Assembly: GCA_035463115.1 (NCBI GenBank)
Contig: DATHTO010000020.1
Span: 9,316-73,315, forward strand
Direction: 5' to 3'
Length of the DNA: 64,000 nt
From: Actinomycetota bacterium
Lineage (GTDB): Bacteria > Actinomycetota > UBA4738 > HRBIN12
The translations under genes and the position numbers were made by a program. Position 1 is the stretch's first letter, and each line of letters opens with the position of its first letter. Of the stretch, positions 63,110-64,000 are shown one piece after another. The notes under the pieces are model-generated. The model was not told the origin of the DNA, made no database searches, and worked only from the letters and a program-made list of their open reading frames with translations.

Positions 63110-64000
63110 GCGTGTTCACCGGCGTGCGATCGACGGGGCCCGTGTCCTGGCTGACGACGACCGACCACAAGCGGATCGGGATCATGTACTGCGTCACGGC
63201 CTTCGCGTTCTTCCTGATCGGCGGGGCGCTCGCCGGCCTGATCCGCACCGAGCTCGCGCGGCCGGATCTGCAGTTCATGGAGCCCAACACGTACAACGGC
63301 GTGTTCACGCTGCACGGGACGATCATGATCTTCCTGTTCGTGGCCCCGTTCGGCGCAGGGCTGATGAACTACCTCGTGCCGCTGCAGATCGGAGCGCCCG
63401 ACATGGCGTTCCCCCGGCTCAACGCGACCTCGTACTGGTTCTTCGCGTTCGGCGGCGTGCTCGTGCTCTTCTCGGGCTTCGCGTCCCAGGGCGGCGGGGC
63501 GTCGATGGGGTGGTACGCCTATCCCCCGCTGTCGGGCCCCAGGTGGTCGCCCGGGATCGGGGTCGACCTGTGGATCTTCGGCGTCGGGTTCGCGGCCATC
63601 TCGACGATGCTCACGGGCATCAACGTCTTGACGACGGCCTTCCTGATGCGCGCGCCGGGGATGACGATGTGGCGGCTGCCGATCTTCACCTGGAACGCGA
63701 TCGTCACCTCGCTGCTCGGCGTGGTGGCGTTCCCGCCGCTGCTCGTGGCGGCCTCGCTCCTGTTGTTCGAACGACGGCTCGACGGGCTCGTGTTCGATCC
63801 GCTGGGCGGAGGCGACCCCGTCATCTACCAGCACCTGTTCTGGTTCCTCGGCCATCCCGAGGTCTACATCATGGCGCTGCCCTTCTTCGGTGTCGTCACC
63901 GAGATCATCCCCGTGTTCAGCAGGAAGCCCCTGTTCGGCTACGTCGGCTTCGTGCTCGCGACGATGACGATCGGCGCGTACTCCGTGGGCGTCTGGGCGC
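63106..64000 (+). CDS. ctaD: cytochrome c oxidase subunit I (3'-truncated by window end)
   Basis: Hand translation from the ATG at 63106 gives MSVFTGVRSTGPVSWLTTTDHKRIGIMY...TLHGTIMIFLFV...YQHLFWFLGHPEVYI. ATGA overlap with ctaC. Confidence 0.9.
   Translation, partial: MSVFTGVRSTGPVSWLTTTDHKRIGIMYCVTAFAFFLIGGALAGLIRTELARPDLQFMEPNTYNGVFTLHGTIMIFLFVAPFGAGLMNYLVPLQIGAPDMAFPRLNATSYWFFAFGGVLVLFSGFASQGGGASMGWYAYPPLSGPRWSPGIGVDLWIFGVGFAAISTMLTGINVLTTAFLMRAPGMTMWRLPIFTWNAIVTSLLGVVAFPPLLVAASLLLFERRLDGLVFDPLGGGDPVIYQHLFWFLGHPEVYIMALPFFGVVTEIIPVFSRKPLFGYVGFVLATMTIGAYSVGVWA

Overview
High-GC (~70%) actinobacterial (Actinomycetota) chromosomal core segment. Genes are densely packed and mostly on the minus strand, and many adjacent genes are translationally coupled by 4-nt GTGA/ATGA start/stop overlaps. 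Read along the minus strand the window reproduces the conserved Mycobacterium-type backbone argS-lysA-hom-thrC-thrB-rho-rpmE-prfA-prmC-sua5-wecA-atpZIBEFHAGDC-murA, with four inserted modules: (1) metallophosphoesterase + cyclic-2,3-diphosphoglycerate-synthetase-like + 2-phosphoglycerate-kinase-like + transaldolase, with a divergent MarP-like protease; (2) DUF1385 + DivIVA-domain protein; (3) LMW-PTP + rpiB + glyA; (4) a potABCD-type ABC transporter. The 5' end (61-8365, minus) is one long overlapping operon: CAAX protease - SCP2 - Zn-ADH - SCP2-like - membrane protein - PrsW protease - MeaB - methylmalonyl-CoA mutase catalytic subunit - CbiM - PDGLE protein, possibly continuing into cbiQ. The 3' end carries tRNA-Arg(CCG), pdxH, a single-chain pyruvate:ferredoxin oxidoreductase coupled to a DHOD-like flavoprotein, an M20 peptidase, proteasome activator Bpa, a second pot-type ABC transporter, divergent pyrD/pyrE, ctaG, and a contiguous ctaE-qcrC-qcrA-qcrB-ctaC-ctaD respiratory locus truncated at the window end. 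No CRISPR arrays, mobile elements or rRNA were found. The long arginine-rich alternate-frame ORFs in the track are GC artefacts. The most novel candidate is the bacterial cyclic-2,3-diphosphoglycerate (archaeal extremolyte) biosynthesis-like module at 31869-35828.
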